This document shows positions 12,192 through 24,800 of a stretch of DNA of 64,000 nt, piece by piece. The stretch covers positions 62,001 through 126,000 of the forward strand of contig NW_005434573.1 in the NCBI RefSeq assembly GCF_000315625.1, written 5' to 3'. The stretch's first letter is position 1. Each line of letters starts with the position of its first letter. The DNA is from Guillardia theta CCMP2712 (Eukaryota; Protista; Cryptophyta). The notes beneath the pieces are model-generated. The model did not search any database, had not been told where the DNA came from, and was given only the letters and a program-made list of their open reading frames with translations. Position numbers and translations under genes: made by a program.

Positions 12192-15100
12192 GTTGTGGAG
12201 GAAGTCAGAGGAGATACTTCTTGCGATATGAAGTGACAAGATCATAGTTCTTCACCTCAAGAAGCTCGATGACGTGATGTCGTAAGAACATTTTCGTCCG
12301 TCCAAGTCGAAACATGTTTGCATTCATCCCTGCCGACCAGGAGAATTTCAGATGAGCAGCTTGAGAAGAGTTTCTTTCTCACCCATTGCCGTCATGATAG
12401 CACTTGCTTTCTCCTGCACTGTCTGCCCTCTTGTCTCTTTGATGCAACATTGAAACCTGGCCCAACCTCGTCGGTGCTTGCATATCAAAACAAGCAACAC
12501 ATGTGAATCAAACAAGCATCATATCGCAAACAAATAAGCAAACAAACATCTCCATCTTGATTATCCGAAGACTATTGATCAATTATAATCTCGTTGCACT
12601 CTCGTGCTATATTCAAGACAGTACGACCATCGCTCGCTCTTACCTCTCCAAGAAGTCATGATACGGGTATCTCGAACCAAATCCACTCCTGGTAACATGA
12701 ACTGCGTCCATCACTCCTCCGCACCGCAGCTGACGAGAACATCTCAGCAAGAGCAAGGAGGAGCCATCACTAACTTGTTCCAGGCAGGCGAAAGTGTCGA
12801 AGAGCGCAGGCGATCGAACGTTGTTGGGGTTGATGCATCTGAGCAATCGCAGGTGAGCAGAGAGAGAGGATGGGGGAGTGGGGGGGGGGGAAGGGAGGGG
12901 AGGGGAGGGGAGGGGAGGGGGAGAAGAGGGAGAGAGGGAGAGGGAGGGAGGGAGGGAGGGAGGGAGGGAGGGAGAGCAAGTCACCGGATGAAGTGAGGAG
13001 AGGTCTTGGATATGGCGCTCACAAGGGACACGAGCTGTTGTCGAAATTGAGTCGAGACCGATGTGAAGATCAAAGTCGATCTTCTCGGCTGTCCTCCTGC
13101 TCCTGCTCCTGCCCCTGCCCGTCCGGGTTGCTGCCGGCCTCGTCGATCCTGCTCTTGCGAGGACTTCTCATCCCTCCTGTTGTTGATGTCGAAGAGAGGG
13201 TTGTCGAAGAGGTTGCGGATGAAGCTTGATCCTGATTGAATCATGGTGTCTGCGGGTCAAGTCAGAAGCGCCTCCTCCCTGTCAGCCTCCACCTAGCAGA
13301 GCAGGCTGAAGAAGGTCGCGATTTGCGTCCACAAACCCTTCCGAGGAGTAGTTGACCTGCATGCTCGTTATGCTGAGAGCTCAGCGAGACGCCGGAGGAA
13401 GTCGAGCAAGAAGACAAGGTAAGACAGGGAGGCAGTGAGGTAGACAGGGAAATTTGGCGCTCGGGGGGGGGGGAAGGGGGGAGCAGGAGGGAGGGGAGCG
13501 AAAGAGGGGGAGAGCAGGGATGGGGGAGTAAAAGGGAGGGGGAGCAAGAGGGTCTATCTGTGCGCACCTCTCCTGCATAGTGCTTGACGGTGAAGGAGTC
13601 GGTCTGCAGCTTTGGAGCGAAGAAGCAGGAGGAGGCTTCACATTTCTCCCTGACCTTGCGCGCAAAGTCTTGATCAGACCCTCCGCTAGGTAGAATGCAC
13701 TCCTCGTTGAGAATGGCAAGAATGCCATTCGGTTTCGCCTCTATCAGCTCAATGCTCGCACGATTGTCGCTGAAGCCAACCTGAGGCATGTTCAGAGGAG
13801 GAGGGAAGAGGATAAGGAAAAGAAGAGAAGGGGAAAGATGAAGAGAGATGGGAGGAGAGGAATTGAAAGGCAGCGAAAGAGATATTTTCGATTTCATGAT
13901 CGCAAATTGAATGATCAATATGGAGTAAAGGCATTCAATAGAGCATATTCATGGAGTATGCGAGAAAGAAGAGGAGGTAAAGGTAGAGGTAGAGGTAGAG
14001 GTAGAGGTAGAGGTAGAGGTAGAGGTAGAGGTAGAGGTAGAGGTAGAGGTAGAGGTAGAGGTAGAGGTAGAGGATAAAGAAGGGCTATGGAAGAGGGAGG
14101 AGAATAGCAAGATGGAGAGGGCAATGAGGAGGTGAAGTGTCTAATGAAGCAGGGTTACGCATGTTTCACCTGCTGCCAGTCGATTCCCTCAGCGATGTAC
14201 TCAGCCTGCTCGAGCTTGAAGACGAACTCAACGAAGTACTGCTGCAGCTTCTCGTTGGCGTAGTTGATGCAGAACTGTTCGAACCTGCTGACCAGTCAGG
14301 CAAGCCGAAACTGCAGCCTCCTCGATCCTGAACTGCCTCTTCTTCCTCCCTCCCCATGCTTTCCTCACTCTCCCTCCCTTGGCCTCCTTACTCTTTCTCA
14401 TACTGCCCATCCTACTGCTCCAGATGTTGCTGATGCTGCTGCTGCATCTTCCAATATCATTCGTCCCCATCCTTGACACCAAGGATGAAACTCCTTCTCC
14501 TTCCACCTTTGACAAACTAGTGTCCATCGGAACTCAACAGACTCTCTCGAACTCAGAGCTCCTGCCCAACCTCAAACCTCCTCCCATGTGGCCTCGCACC
14601 TGTTCACGTCGAAGAACTCGAACCCGAAGATGTCGAGCACTGAAGTCTTGAGCGTCCTCCTCGCCTTCATCCCGGGGTTCAGGGAGGTATTGACGCGCAT
14701 CACCAGGAAGGAGAAGAGGCGCGTGTAGAGGGCCTTGGCCAGTGCATCCCTCGTGTGGTTTGCCTGCATCCTCGATAGCGCCACGTCGTACTGGTCATCA
14801 GCTGTCGCAACGATCCTGCGGCGGCAGAGCGCGAGCTCGAGATCCTCTCTCCCTACTTGGAGGAGCGCGCAGACGTTGCTGGGGGCGTCGTGCTCGAGGA
14901 GGCCAAACGCCTGCTCCTTCTGATCTCCTTCGCCACCGCTGACTTCCACGTTGCCCAGGTGAAGGATGCCTGATGAGAGAGTGAGGGATAGAAGAAATGG
15001 GCAAGTAGGAAGAGGACGAGGACGAGGACGGGGGGAAGGAAGAGGGAGAAGAGGAAGGGGAAGAAGGAGACGGGAAGAATGTGAGTGAGCAGCAGTGGGA

Positions 15101-16436
15101 GGACAGAGAGGGGGAGGGGGACAAAGAATAGAACAATGGAGTTAGGAAAAGTCGGGATGGGTACACAGAGTCACGAGCTGGGAGGAGGAGAGGGACAAGG
15201 GTGCAAGAGGTGGTAGGAAAGTGAGGGAAGGAAGGGCGAGACGGGAGAGACAGAGCAGCTAAGAGGTTCAGCCACGGACCAGCAACCACGGTGAGGATGT
15301 TGTCCCGCTCCTCGGCTGTGATGCCGACGGAGTCCAGGGCCTTGAGGGTCCTTGCGAAGCTCTTCTCGTCGTCGATGGTGCATTCTTCACCGGGCGCATG
15401 CATGAGGTAGCGATAGCTGTCAGGGTTGCTGTCGAGATCGAGCTTCTCCTTGAAGGAGGGCTCGAGCAACGTGGACCCTGTGATGAGCTGGTAGAAGATG
15501 TGGAAGTTGCGCTCCCCTGCTGCCTGCTGGACCACTCGAGCCTTCTCCAGCAGGTAGGTCTGAGGGAGAAGGGAGTGGAGCAGAATGGGAAGAAGAGGAG
15601 GAGGAGGAGGAGGAGGAGGAGCAGCAGGGGGAGGAGGAGAAGGAGGATTTCAGCAACGAGTATTTGCCACAGATGCAGTCTACCTGTATCGCTCCACCAA
15701 GTAGAGCACCATCGTGACCGAAGTGGAGGTCGATGTACTTACCAAATCGGCTGCTGTTGTCATTGCGGAGAGTTTTCGCGTTCCCGAAGGCCTCCAGGAG
15801 GGGGTTGGAGTCGAGCACCTTCTCCTCCGTCACAGCGTCATTGAGGTGCAACATTCTAGAGGTCACGTTCTGCGACCGAGAGCTCGAAACGTATGCGAGG
15901 AAGCGCATCAGGAACTTTGTAGTCTCCGTCTTCCCCGCCCCGCTCTCCCCGCTCACGAGGATCGACTGATCCTTGTCGTCCCTCAGCATCGCCCTGTAGG
16001 AGGCGTCGGCTACAGCATACACGTGGGGGGGGAGGCTGCCGGGCTCCTTGTCCAGGTTGGAGGCGTCGTAGAGGCGGATGTAATCCGGAGAGTAGATGTT
16101 GAGAGTCTTCCAAGGGTTGATGGCGATGAGGATGGGCCCTGTGTTGGTGTAGATCTCTCCCTGCTCGTACCTGATCCTGAGGTTGTGGAGGATGTTGGGC
16201 TCGTCGAGGAACTGGAGGGTGACCAGGTCGTTGGTCCCCTCGAGAGCTGGAGGGTTCCTGGGGACCACAACCACGTTTGAGAGGCTGAGGGTTTTCCGGA
16301 CCCTCGTGTCGGACATGATGACGTCGACATGCTGCTTGGTTCTGTGGACTACATCCGCTGCCTGCCACACGTCGCGCTGCTCGGCGATCCACACCCGCGC
16401 TGCTGATGCTGCAGCCAGCTCTGAGGGGTCCGACAT
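8048..16436 (-). CDS. Myosin heavy chain: N-terminal SH3-like domain, motor domain, IQ neck, long coiled-coil/helical tail
   Basis: ATG at 16436. Motifs: [38 protein letters not shown]-loop [10 protein letters not shown], switch [32 protein letters not shown], switch [44 protein letters not shown]-like IRLQNAWR near 11960. Exons at 8050-11500 are coiled-coil/helical and are assumed to belong to the same gene. Confidence 0.9.
12096..12190. repeat. (GAT)n microsatellite in a myosin intron
   Basis: Perfect trinucleotide run. Confidence 0.95.
13981..14073. repeat. (AGGTAG)n microsatellite in a myosin intron
   Basis: Perfect hexanucleotide run. Confidence 0.95.
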
Positions 16437-17332
16437 GGCGGGCTTCTTGCGACTAGATCAGGACCTTGAGGGGTTGGAATCAGCTGTCTTTACCATCTCC
16501 AGGACTCCATTCAAACTGGGCATCACCCGTTAGCAATGTTGTTGTTTCATCGCCATCAAGTTTGCACGCGGACTGTCTACACCAACTTTGTCCGAATCTA
16601 TAAAACATTGCCATAGCCCCTGCCCACGCCCCCTTGACTGCTCTTATCCTTTTTATCCTTGACCCCCCCCTTCCTCGCCTCGCCCTCCCTCCTTCTTTCT
16701 TCATCTTCATTTCCCGCATTTCAAGCCTACGAAACTTCGTATGATCGACTCCCTTGCTACCCTTGTTTCATTCGTTGCTTCCTTCCTCCTTCCCCATTGC
16801 TCCTCCTTCCTGCCTCCTGCATGCACTTACCCAGTCTATTCACACATTCGAAACACATTCTCCTCCTCCTCCTGCTCTCCTCCTTCTCCTCCTTCTCCTC
16901 CTCCTCCTCCTCCTCTCTCAATCCTTCTGTCATCTCCCTCGCTCCTCCACTCCCTGCATTCTCTATCTCTGCTAACTTCCGATCTAAAAAAGCTAGCTAG
17001 CATCTCGATCATTTTAAAAGCTTCAAGTTCCCCTCAGAGTTTGGTGAAAGGCAGCAATTCATATGAGCTTGTGGCTTGGAGGATCCAGATTCGCTGCCAC
17101 CAAAAATGGTCAGGGACCTGCAGGGAACCAAGATGGCGGGGGGAAGCGAGGAAAAGGCGAGGCGGCGTCATGGCAGGACATGATGGAGCAGGGGAGGAGG
17201 CAGGGGAGGATGTGCTAGGGCCACAGACATTACAGCAAGACATCAACGGGGGGAGCATCGATCCTGGCCTCTTGATCTGCTCGGGTTCCTTGTTGTAGCC
17301 GTTGCCCCAATCTCCTGGCAGCAGCGGCATCA

Positions 17333-19536
17333 ATGAGGGCATCAGGGTTGAATTCCCCAATCCCTCTCCTCCTCATGGCGGGGCTGATGGCTCAAGTCGT
17401 CAGCTCCTTCTCTCCGCCGAAGGCTCTCGGACCTCCTGCCCTTCATGCTCACGACTATCCCCGTCCTCTTCGTGCCAGCCCTAGTCGAGCTCCTCTCCTC
17501 TGTCCTCATGGGGTGAGGCACCAGCTCAAGTTAACGGCGCTGCTATCCGGCATGTCGCACTTTGAGCAGAACAATTTCGAGATCGCCTTCGAGGCCGACG
17601 GCAAAGTGCTAGACGATGGCGGGCGAGACGAAGGGGACGAGAGTCTCTGCTTGCTAGAGCGGTATGTAGCCTCTGTGCGCTCTTGTTCCTCGTCTGATGC
17701 TTCAGCGTTCTCAGGGAGATCTTATTCGAGACTCACGAAGAGAAAAAGAGCCTTGAAAGGCTCCTGAACGAGGTCTCAGCCAGGGATGCGCGGTGGATGC
17801 ATGACAGTAACGGAGGACAAGCTCGGATGAAGAAGTTTGTCAGGAGATTCGCTGAGATGCTGAGGAAAGCAGGGTACAGGCCTCTGTCGGAACGTGACGT
17901 TGCGATCAGCGAAGCCATGTCTGCTCAGGGCGTTCTGAGAAGCGACATAGTCACCGACGAGTCCTCCTTCCTCCGCCTCCTGGCCCGCAACGACTCGCAT
18001 GCATACATATCTCCGCGTATTTTGGTATGGAGGAGAGGAGTAGCAGTGGAGGAGGTATCGGGGGGGCTTTACCTGCAGAAGCTGGACTACCTGCAGAGCA
18101 GCATTCTCCTCGCCCTCTGGCGCTCTGCCTTGCAAGCGGTGCGAGGCGTGTGGGAGGAGATGGAGGTAGCGAGAAGCATGCTGAGAGATGGGTCGTCGAC
18201 TCTGGTTGACGATGTTCGGACTATCATGGGCATGTCAGCACCAGACAAGGTAAAAGATACCCTGGGTGGAACTCTGTCGTCAGCGGAGCAGACCTTCCTT
18301 CAGCTGGCTGTCAAGCTGCTCGAGCGATGGGGCCTGGTCTCATCTCCAGCTACTCGACCTCTGTCGGACTTCCATCCTTGCCTGATGTCTCCTCCTTCTT
18401 GTTATGACGTCGTTCGATTCGTCGGGCTGGCGGAGGGCATTCAGAATGCCTATGAGGGGGCTGTAGACGCTGTTGGGAATCAGGGAGGACTGAAGGCTTT
18501 TCTCAGTGCGTTCCTGCGCCCTGTGTACATAGAGGATCCGATCTTTGAGAGTATTGTTGTCATGTACGCGAGGAAACAGCGCGAGGAACAATCGTACAGA
18601 GTTGGAGTGTTGCCTTTCCTGGTCTACTTTGTAAGACTGCTCTCCCTACATGCGATCGATCCGAAGCTGCCGTTCCTCTCGGACCGACCGCTTGTTCCAG
18701 GTCGGACAGGACGAATTCATGTGAAAGAGAGCTTGCATGACAGTCACGTGTACACGGAGTACTCCATCGATGTGAAAGATGTGAGGAGTAGCAGCTGTCT
18801 CAGGCTCCTCATCGCAATGCTATACAGGTTCCGCCCGGCATCCAAGAGTATCGAATTCAAGATTCCTGTGAATGAGCCGTTCGCGCTAGTCAGCGTTGCG
18901 AGGTCAAGGATCAATATCGTCATGCTGAACAGCAAGCGAGAGGAGATGAAGGTTTCGCAAGAGCAGGAGGCGACACTGGAGCTGGAACTCATTGGATATC
19001 AATCTGTAAATATTCAGAACATCAAGTCGATCTGGCCTGACAGGCAGCTGCAATTCCGACCTCTTGACAGCTTGCGGCTGGATCTTGTGACTTTCACGAC
19101 GTTGGCATCGGTCTTAGCTCAGATCAAGCTCGACAATCCTTACACCGATGCTGCTGCGCTAGTGACCACCACCGCATGGATCCTTGGAGCTATCTTCCGC
19201 TTCAACGCCAGAAGAAACGCGTACGAGCTACAGAGCTCTCGAGGCCTAGCGAGGAGAATCACTGCTCGCGGCCTCAACGTCATCAGGATGGCAGGGGACA
19301 AGGCTTTCCTTCAGCACATCACTAAGGCTAGGCTGGTCTACGACTCCATCCGATCTGCTGGCCCCCAAGACCTGGCTTCGATTGCAAGCATGTGTGAGGA
19401 CAGGCTGAAAGCGAAGCATCCCGCCTGCGGAACCAAGATGGATGAGGACGAGATCCTGTCCCTCCTCAAGGATCTTCAACGGCGCTCCCTTGTGGAGGAG
19501 TGTCACGGAAAATGGCAGATGAGCGAGCTGGTGTGA
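17333..19536 (+). CDS. DUF3754 (TMEM143-like) membrane protein with a bipartite plastid presequence
   Basis: Signal peptide ending ...AQVVSS|FSPP. One intron at 17662-17714 (GT..AG, in frame) joins the 579-aa ORF. Family-like motifs: RILVWRRG...LQKLDYLQS and IWPDRQLQFRPLDSLRLDLVT, followed by two TM helices and ...RRNAYEL. Confidence 0.75.
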
Positions 19537-19644
19537 TCCATTGTTGTTGCATGTGCATGAAAGGAAACGCTTTATTGCTGTCAAACGTATTGCGTAACAT
19601 CGCTTGAATGGACATAGTCCGAGAAGAATCCTTCTTGATGTTCC

Positions 19645-20589
19645 TCACGCGATCCTCCCGCGGCAACTTGTCAGGACTTGCTCCATCCGTTTATCATGGG
19701 GCAGCTTTGATATTGACTTCCATCGTGATACAAGGGTCTCGCCCGTTTGAAAGTATCTCGGTCGGTCGCTCCTCGATGGCCTAACTGGCTCGGTAGCAGG
19801 CAAGCAGCTACGAGGCGACAAGACATCTTTCTCGCTGTCAGGCGCTGACCAAATTTTTGCGATCTCTGAGCTCCAGTCATACTTGATTGATGCTGGTTCT
19901 GATCTACGATGAATGGCACTTTCCTGTTTTCTTGGTGTGGAAACGCCTGGGGTCTCTGAATGAACTGACGGAAGTGAAGAGAAGGACGAGTACAAGCAGG
20001 TTTTTTCAAGCGAGTTTGCCTTGGCCTTGGCGTCTTCTGTTCGCACATGATATTGCACTTTACGTGGAGACACCAAGATATGGCTGCGGGGGGATGTAAG
20101 CTTGAGAGGCTGACTGTCTTCTGGTGCTTCGTCTCTACGCACTTTAAAAGACACCTGTTTCATCCTTAAAACCGACTTAGAATGAGCTTCATCAGGTGAC
20201 TTGCAATCTTTCCCGCTGTAGCTGTCTGCGGGAGTCACTCTGTCTGGGGGAATGCTACCTCCGTTAGACCTCCTGACCTGCTCTACCTGATCATCCCCTT
20301 CATCCTTGCATATCAGTCCACCTAGCCATAGCTCGTGCGATGAAGAAGAAGGCTGAGCATAGCTCCACGCTTCAGCCCAGTCATCGGAGATAGACGCCAG
20401 AGTTCCCGTCTCCCTGTGTTTGGTGTTGCTCTCGGAATCAGTTCGGTGCCTCGAGTTTTTCTCTCTTGTCTTCTTCAGTACTTCGGCGAACACGAACACT
20501 ATCTCTTCTTGCACTTCTTTGTGGTTCAGCCCTGCCAGGTAAGTTCCCTCAAGAGAAGCCGTTGACGATCTCCTCTTTGTTTCTGCCAT
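19645..20589 (-). CDS. Hypothetical, probably disordered Ser/Pro/charged protein (314 aa)
   Basis: Single long ATG-initiated ORF of normal complexity with multiple SPR/TPR sites. No recognisable domain. Confidence 0.55.
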   Translation of the reverse strand: MAETKRRSSTASLEGTYLAGLNHKEVQEEIVFVFAEVLKKTREKNSRHRTDSESNTKHRETGTLASISDDWAEAWSYAQPSSSSHELWLGGLICKDEGDDQVEQVRRSNGGSIPPDRVTPADSYSGKDCKSPDEAHSKSVLRMKQVSFKVRRDEAPEDSQPLKLTSPRSHILVSPRKVQYHVRTEDAKAKANSLEKTCLYSSFSSLPSVHSETPGVSTPRKQESAIHRRSEPASIKYDWSSEIAKIWSAPDSEKDVLSPRSCLPATEPVRPSRSDRPRYFQTGETLVSRWKSISKLPHDKRMEQVLTSCRGRIA

Positions 20590-20689
20590 CAGTCCTTTGC
20601 AGCCTCCGCGCTCTCAACTTGCTACCGTGACTTCCATTTCTGTTGGACCTATCACGAGTCGTGACCTCCAAAGAAACGGCTGCGAAACT

Positions 20690-20985
20690 CGAGACTCAGG
20701 GCCCGGCGAGATGCTTCCCGGCAGGCTGAAGTTCACTCAGCCGGGGCCGCGCGAGCCTGGCCCAGGCCGCCCCCGGCCCGAGGTGCCAGGTGATTGCCAG
20801 GCTGCGCCGCTCAGGCTGCCACCGGAGCACTGCGGCACCACGGTACTGAGCGCAGTCACCGTACCGGGTCACCCGATCATGGCACAGCGGCATCGACCAA
20901 CCTGGGCAACAGTGGGCTGACCGTACTCGTGACTGGCAGGCCGCGCTGAACTTCGGACCGTACACCACCGTCACCGGCGGCAGGT
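20690..20985. other. GC-rich CCGG island
   Basis: Same vocabulary as 6200-7270 (CCGATCAT, GAACTTCGGA, GTCACCG). Confidence 0.5.
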
Positions 20986-21686
20986 ATCTCGATCTGCGGA
21001 GTGCTTATTTTTAACTTAACTTTCAGTAAACTTTGAAAAAAGGTAACGCTTATTAACCTGCCATATTACCCCTGATCTCCTCTGTATACGATAGTAATAA
21101 GTGTGGGATGGTTTATATAATCAGGTCATTGTTGTGATCGTACAAATACTATGAGGTAATTGTACTGAGAAATCTCGCTGTGTAATATATGAATGATTCA
21201 AATAAATGACTTATAAATGTGTTGACTTGAAAACATTGGTTGCCCGCAAGAGCGAGAACCAACCCAGAACGGTTCGGACCGAGCTTGAGGGAACTCGCAA
21301 CTCTTCGGAGCGACTCAAAAACAAACCAGATCGGATGACATAGCGGGGTTTCCCGAAGCTTTATAATTGAGGTTTCAAAAATCCTCGACGGCGTCACCCG
21401 CTAGGAAGAAACAACCGATAGGACCGGATCCTAGGATATGCCGATCTCCTAGCCTCAGCTGGTAAGACCGGGAAAAAATCCAGTCCAATATATCCAAGCC
21501 TGGCAGGGATTATTGTTGCTTCCTAGCGGCTGAAACCTTTTTCACTGCGCCTGCGTCTCATCTACGGCATCAAGGCGGCTCAGGTCCCTGCAAGACAGAG
21601 CAAGCCCCCACGAGACTTGCAGACAACAGCAAACGTCCAAGATACTCAACTTCTTCAGTGTCGAGAAACTTGTAAGTGCTTTCCCC

Positions 21687-22701
21687 ATGGTCCGCCCCTC
21701 TGCCTCCCTTGAGAACAAGCGCATCGCCCTCGCCTTCGCTCACATGGTACCCCCCTCTCCCTCCTCCCCCCGACCCCGCTCACCCCCTTCCTCTCCAGGT
21801 GACCTCCCCGGCTCCCGCCTCCGGCCCTGCCCGTCAGGCCGTCTGCCGTACGGGTCGCTACAGCCTCTACGACGCGCTCAGCGCCTGCTGCCCGTCGTCG
21901 GTGATCAACCAAGACCCGTACGTGGGCAAGTACGGGCTGCGGGCGATCGAGTTCTGCAAGGTGGTAGAGAGCGACGGCTTCGTCAAGGTCCGGCACCAGC
22001 GGCCCAGGGCCAAGGGCGAGGCCTCGAGCCCGTCGGGCTTGTCCGACGCGGGGGCAGAGGAGGTGCGGTACGTGTACGCGGGGAGGCGGTGGAGGGACCC
22101 GAGGGACAAGGAGGACATGCGGGCGCTGAGGGAGGCGTGGGAGGAGCTGGCAGGGAGCTCGACCATCTTTGCGGGGCAGTGTGCGTTGGAGCGGGTGGTG
22201 AGGGTGTGCGAGGAGTACAGGGGGGGCTGGGCAGAGTACCAGGCGGGGCTGTCGCGGCCGCTTCCGAGCGTGACGAGGAGGCGGGGGGAGGGGGGGAAGC
22301 GACGGCGGCTGGACGAGGCGGGGAGATCAACGTCATCGCCTTTGTTTTCATCAACGTCTGATGGGGAGGAGGAAGGGGTCTTGTCACATTGTGGGCACGG
22401 CATTGGACAGGGGTATGGAGGTGCAGAAGGAGCAGAGCTGGGCAGGGGGATTCATGGTGGAGAAGACGATGGGGAGGCTGTCAGACATGAAGAGGAAGAC
22501 GTCAGACTCTCCGGCGAATGGATGGATGAATGGACAGAAGATGCGGTTGGGGGAAAGCGTGATGAATGCGCTTCGGAAGAAGTTTTGGTGCGGTCAGGCA
22601 TTGAAGGTCAAAATCTGCGACCAGTTGGCTTGATTTCTAGTATTGAGGAGATATTTGATCTGGGGATCAATGAGGAGGACATCATCGGTATCGTAGCGTA
22701 A
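21687..22701 (+). CDS. Tandem-family copy 1 (tail type A): putative winged-helix DNA-binding protein with NLS and acidic tail
   Basis: Exon 1 MVRPSASLENKRIALAFAHM, intron 21747-21798, then in-frame VTSPAP...GRYSLYDALSACC...EFCKVVESDGFVKVR...RYVYAGRRWRDP...KRRRL, acidic region, and LISSIEEIFDLGINEEDIIGIVA*. Confidence 0.7.
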
Positions 22702-23179
22702 TGGCCCCTAAATCCGTGGATCCTGGTGCTGATGGATTTATTGAATCCCAAAGTCAAACACCTCTTCCTCTGCGCCCCCATGATTCATGGCCTCTCTTTC
22801 TCATCTTGCGTATGTATTGAGCAGTGCGTTCCTCTTTGTTCTGCCATGCCAGCGTCCCTCCCTCCTCCGATCGTTCAACCACCTGTACTGGGATGTCACT
22901 GTGATATCTCTTCAAGTATCCAGCATGCTATTGCCGCTACAAGCTTTTCTTGCTCTGACGTAGCTGTACACTCGAGTACATGCTTGCAAGGGAGGTTGGC
23001 CCAGAGGTCACCTCTCTCGAGCTAGTCGAGCATGGTTCAAAACTGATTTACTCAAAGTTGAGTCGAGTCATCCCTCGTCACCACTTCACGTACGGACTCG
23101 CTCCTGCACCCTGCGAGACAAGCAAGACCAGTCACATCCTTGCAAAAAACTGCCTCTACCTCCTCCTTTCAGCCCAAGG

Positions 23180-23943
23180 ATTGTTCGCCCCTCTGCCTCC
23201 TTCGAGAACAAGCGCATCGCCCTCGCCTTCGCTCACAACATGGTACGCCCCTCTCCCTCCTCCCCCCGCCCCTCGCTCAGGGAGCTCGACCATCTTTGCG
23301 GGGCAGTGTGCGTTGGAGCGGGTGGTGAGGGTGTGCGAGGAGTACAGGGGGGGCTGGGCGGAGTACCAGGCGGGGCTGTCGCGGCCGCTTCCGAGCGTGA
23401 CGAGGAGGCGGGGGGAGGGGGGGAAGCGACGGCGGCTGGACGAGGCGGGGAGGAGCTCGCCGAGCTTAACGACGTCGTCAGAGGAGGGGGAAGAGAAGAA
23501 CTGGGATCAGCTGAACTCTTTTTTTTGCTTTGAGCCTTTAAGGGTTACCCCTACTTTCCACGCAAATTCCTGTCTCATCTCATGGAATGTCCTATTGTTT
23601 CTGGAACCATAATGCTTGTATAGAGTCAGTTAACATCACCGTAAGGTCAGGCTTTAAATGATCGTTGACTCCGATAGACTGGCTGTCAACTGCAGGTGAA
23701 CCGATCGGAGAGCGATTCCGCACGGAAATGTCGGATGTTCATGACTTAGGCCCCTCGTCTGCTCATGTCGACGGTGGTCATTCAAGCTCGGCAGACATAT
23801 TGAGGAGCATCGAGAAGTGGCTGGAAGCAGGGATCGCGGAGTCAGACGTTCTTGGGATCGCATCGCAGGACGACGGTGTTGATTGTGTTGGAGCGCATTG
23901 CGAGGCAGGGTGCAGTGTTTGCGGTAGGGAGAACGCTTTATAG
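23180..23943 (+). pseudogene. Tandem-family copy 2 (tail type B), internally deleted
   Basis: The ATG is lost. A ~370-bp deletion joins the intron (cctcgctca) directly to gggagctcgacc and removes most of the domain. The tail ends ILRSIEKWLEAGIAESDVLGIA...CEAGCSVC. Confidence 0.7.
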
Positions 23944-24800
23944 CTATGGTGTGAAGTGAGGACTGCAGGCATGTAAGCGGTTGAGGGAGTGAGAATGAAG
24001 AGGATGTGAACTGGCGTTCTCAGCATCGCGGAGGAGAACTGTTTTGCCACAGTTGTAGGACAAGTTATGTTGGAAGGTGTTTTGGCGCCAGAAGTAGCCT
24101 GTCGTTTTGAATAAATACACATCAACAGTGTACAAGGCATCATGTGCAGGTTGAGGGCACTTCTAAGGCTTGGTTAGACCAATGGCAGCCTTCTTTGCAT
24201 AACTAGTGTGAGACTGGTACTCATGGTTGTAACCCATTGAAGTTTGCCGGCAGCCGACTCTAACTTGTAGTGCGCTTGCTAGGAGGGCAGAGAGATCACA
24301 GAGCTTCATGTGAAAGTTCTACTCGCTCAGCAGAAGACGGCAGATGTAGCTCATTGCCTGAATTGCTCTAGTTGTGGTGGCACATATCAACTCACAAGTC
24401 GGGCAACGCCGGGTGCTACAGATAGCTTCCGAGCCAGGCAACACCTGCACAGACCTGCAGCAACACCTGAGGCAACACAGTCAAGTTACCTCCGTACGTG
24501 GACCCCCTTGATTAGGCTGAATACAGGGGGTACATCTCCGACGTCATGAGGACTCCGTCCGGTTTACTACTTTTTTATCAGAATCCTTTTGTTTACCTTC
24601 AAAAGACTTTTTTTCGAGTCGGAAAGGGAGTAGTAATGACGACGTATGACTTGATCCTAGCACCTCCCTATGACCTTTCCTATGACCCCTAGATATGTCC
24701 CGAGGGCAACGGGATTCCCCGCTGAGACCCCTCAGTAAAACGACCCTTTTCTACTCCCCCTCCAGTCTTTGGTCGCAGACTCGAACTCCCTCTCCTCTCC

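Noticed and set aside
12017-12247. Poly-Asp / poly-His / poly-Met ORFs (likewise 29152-29462, 35241-36960, 56685-57204, 57983-58562, 58800-59177)
   Set aside because: Translations of intronic microsatellites.
15714-16533. Long + strand ORFs opposite the myosin; similar shadows opposite the golgin (49148-53178), PsuG (60642-61226) and the tandem genes
   Set aside because: Antisense shadows of GC3-rich coding sequence.
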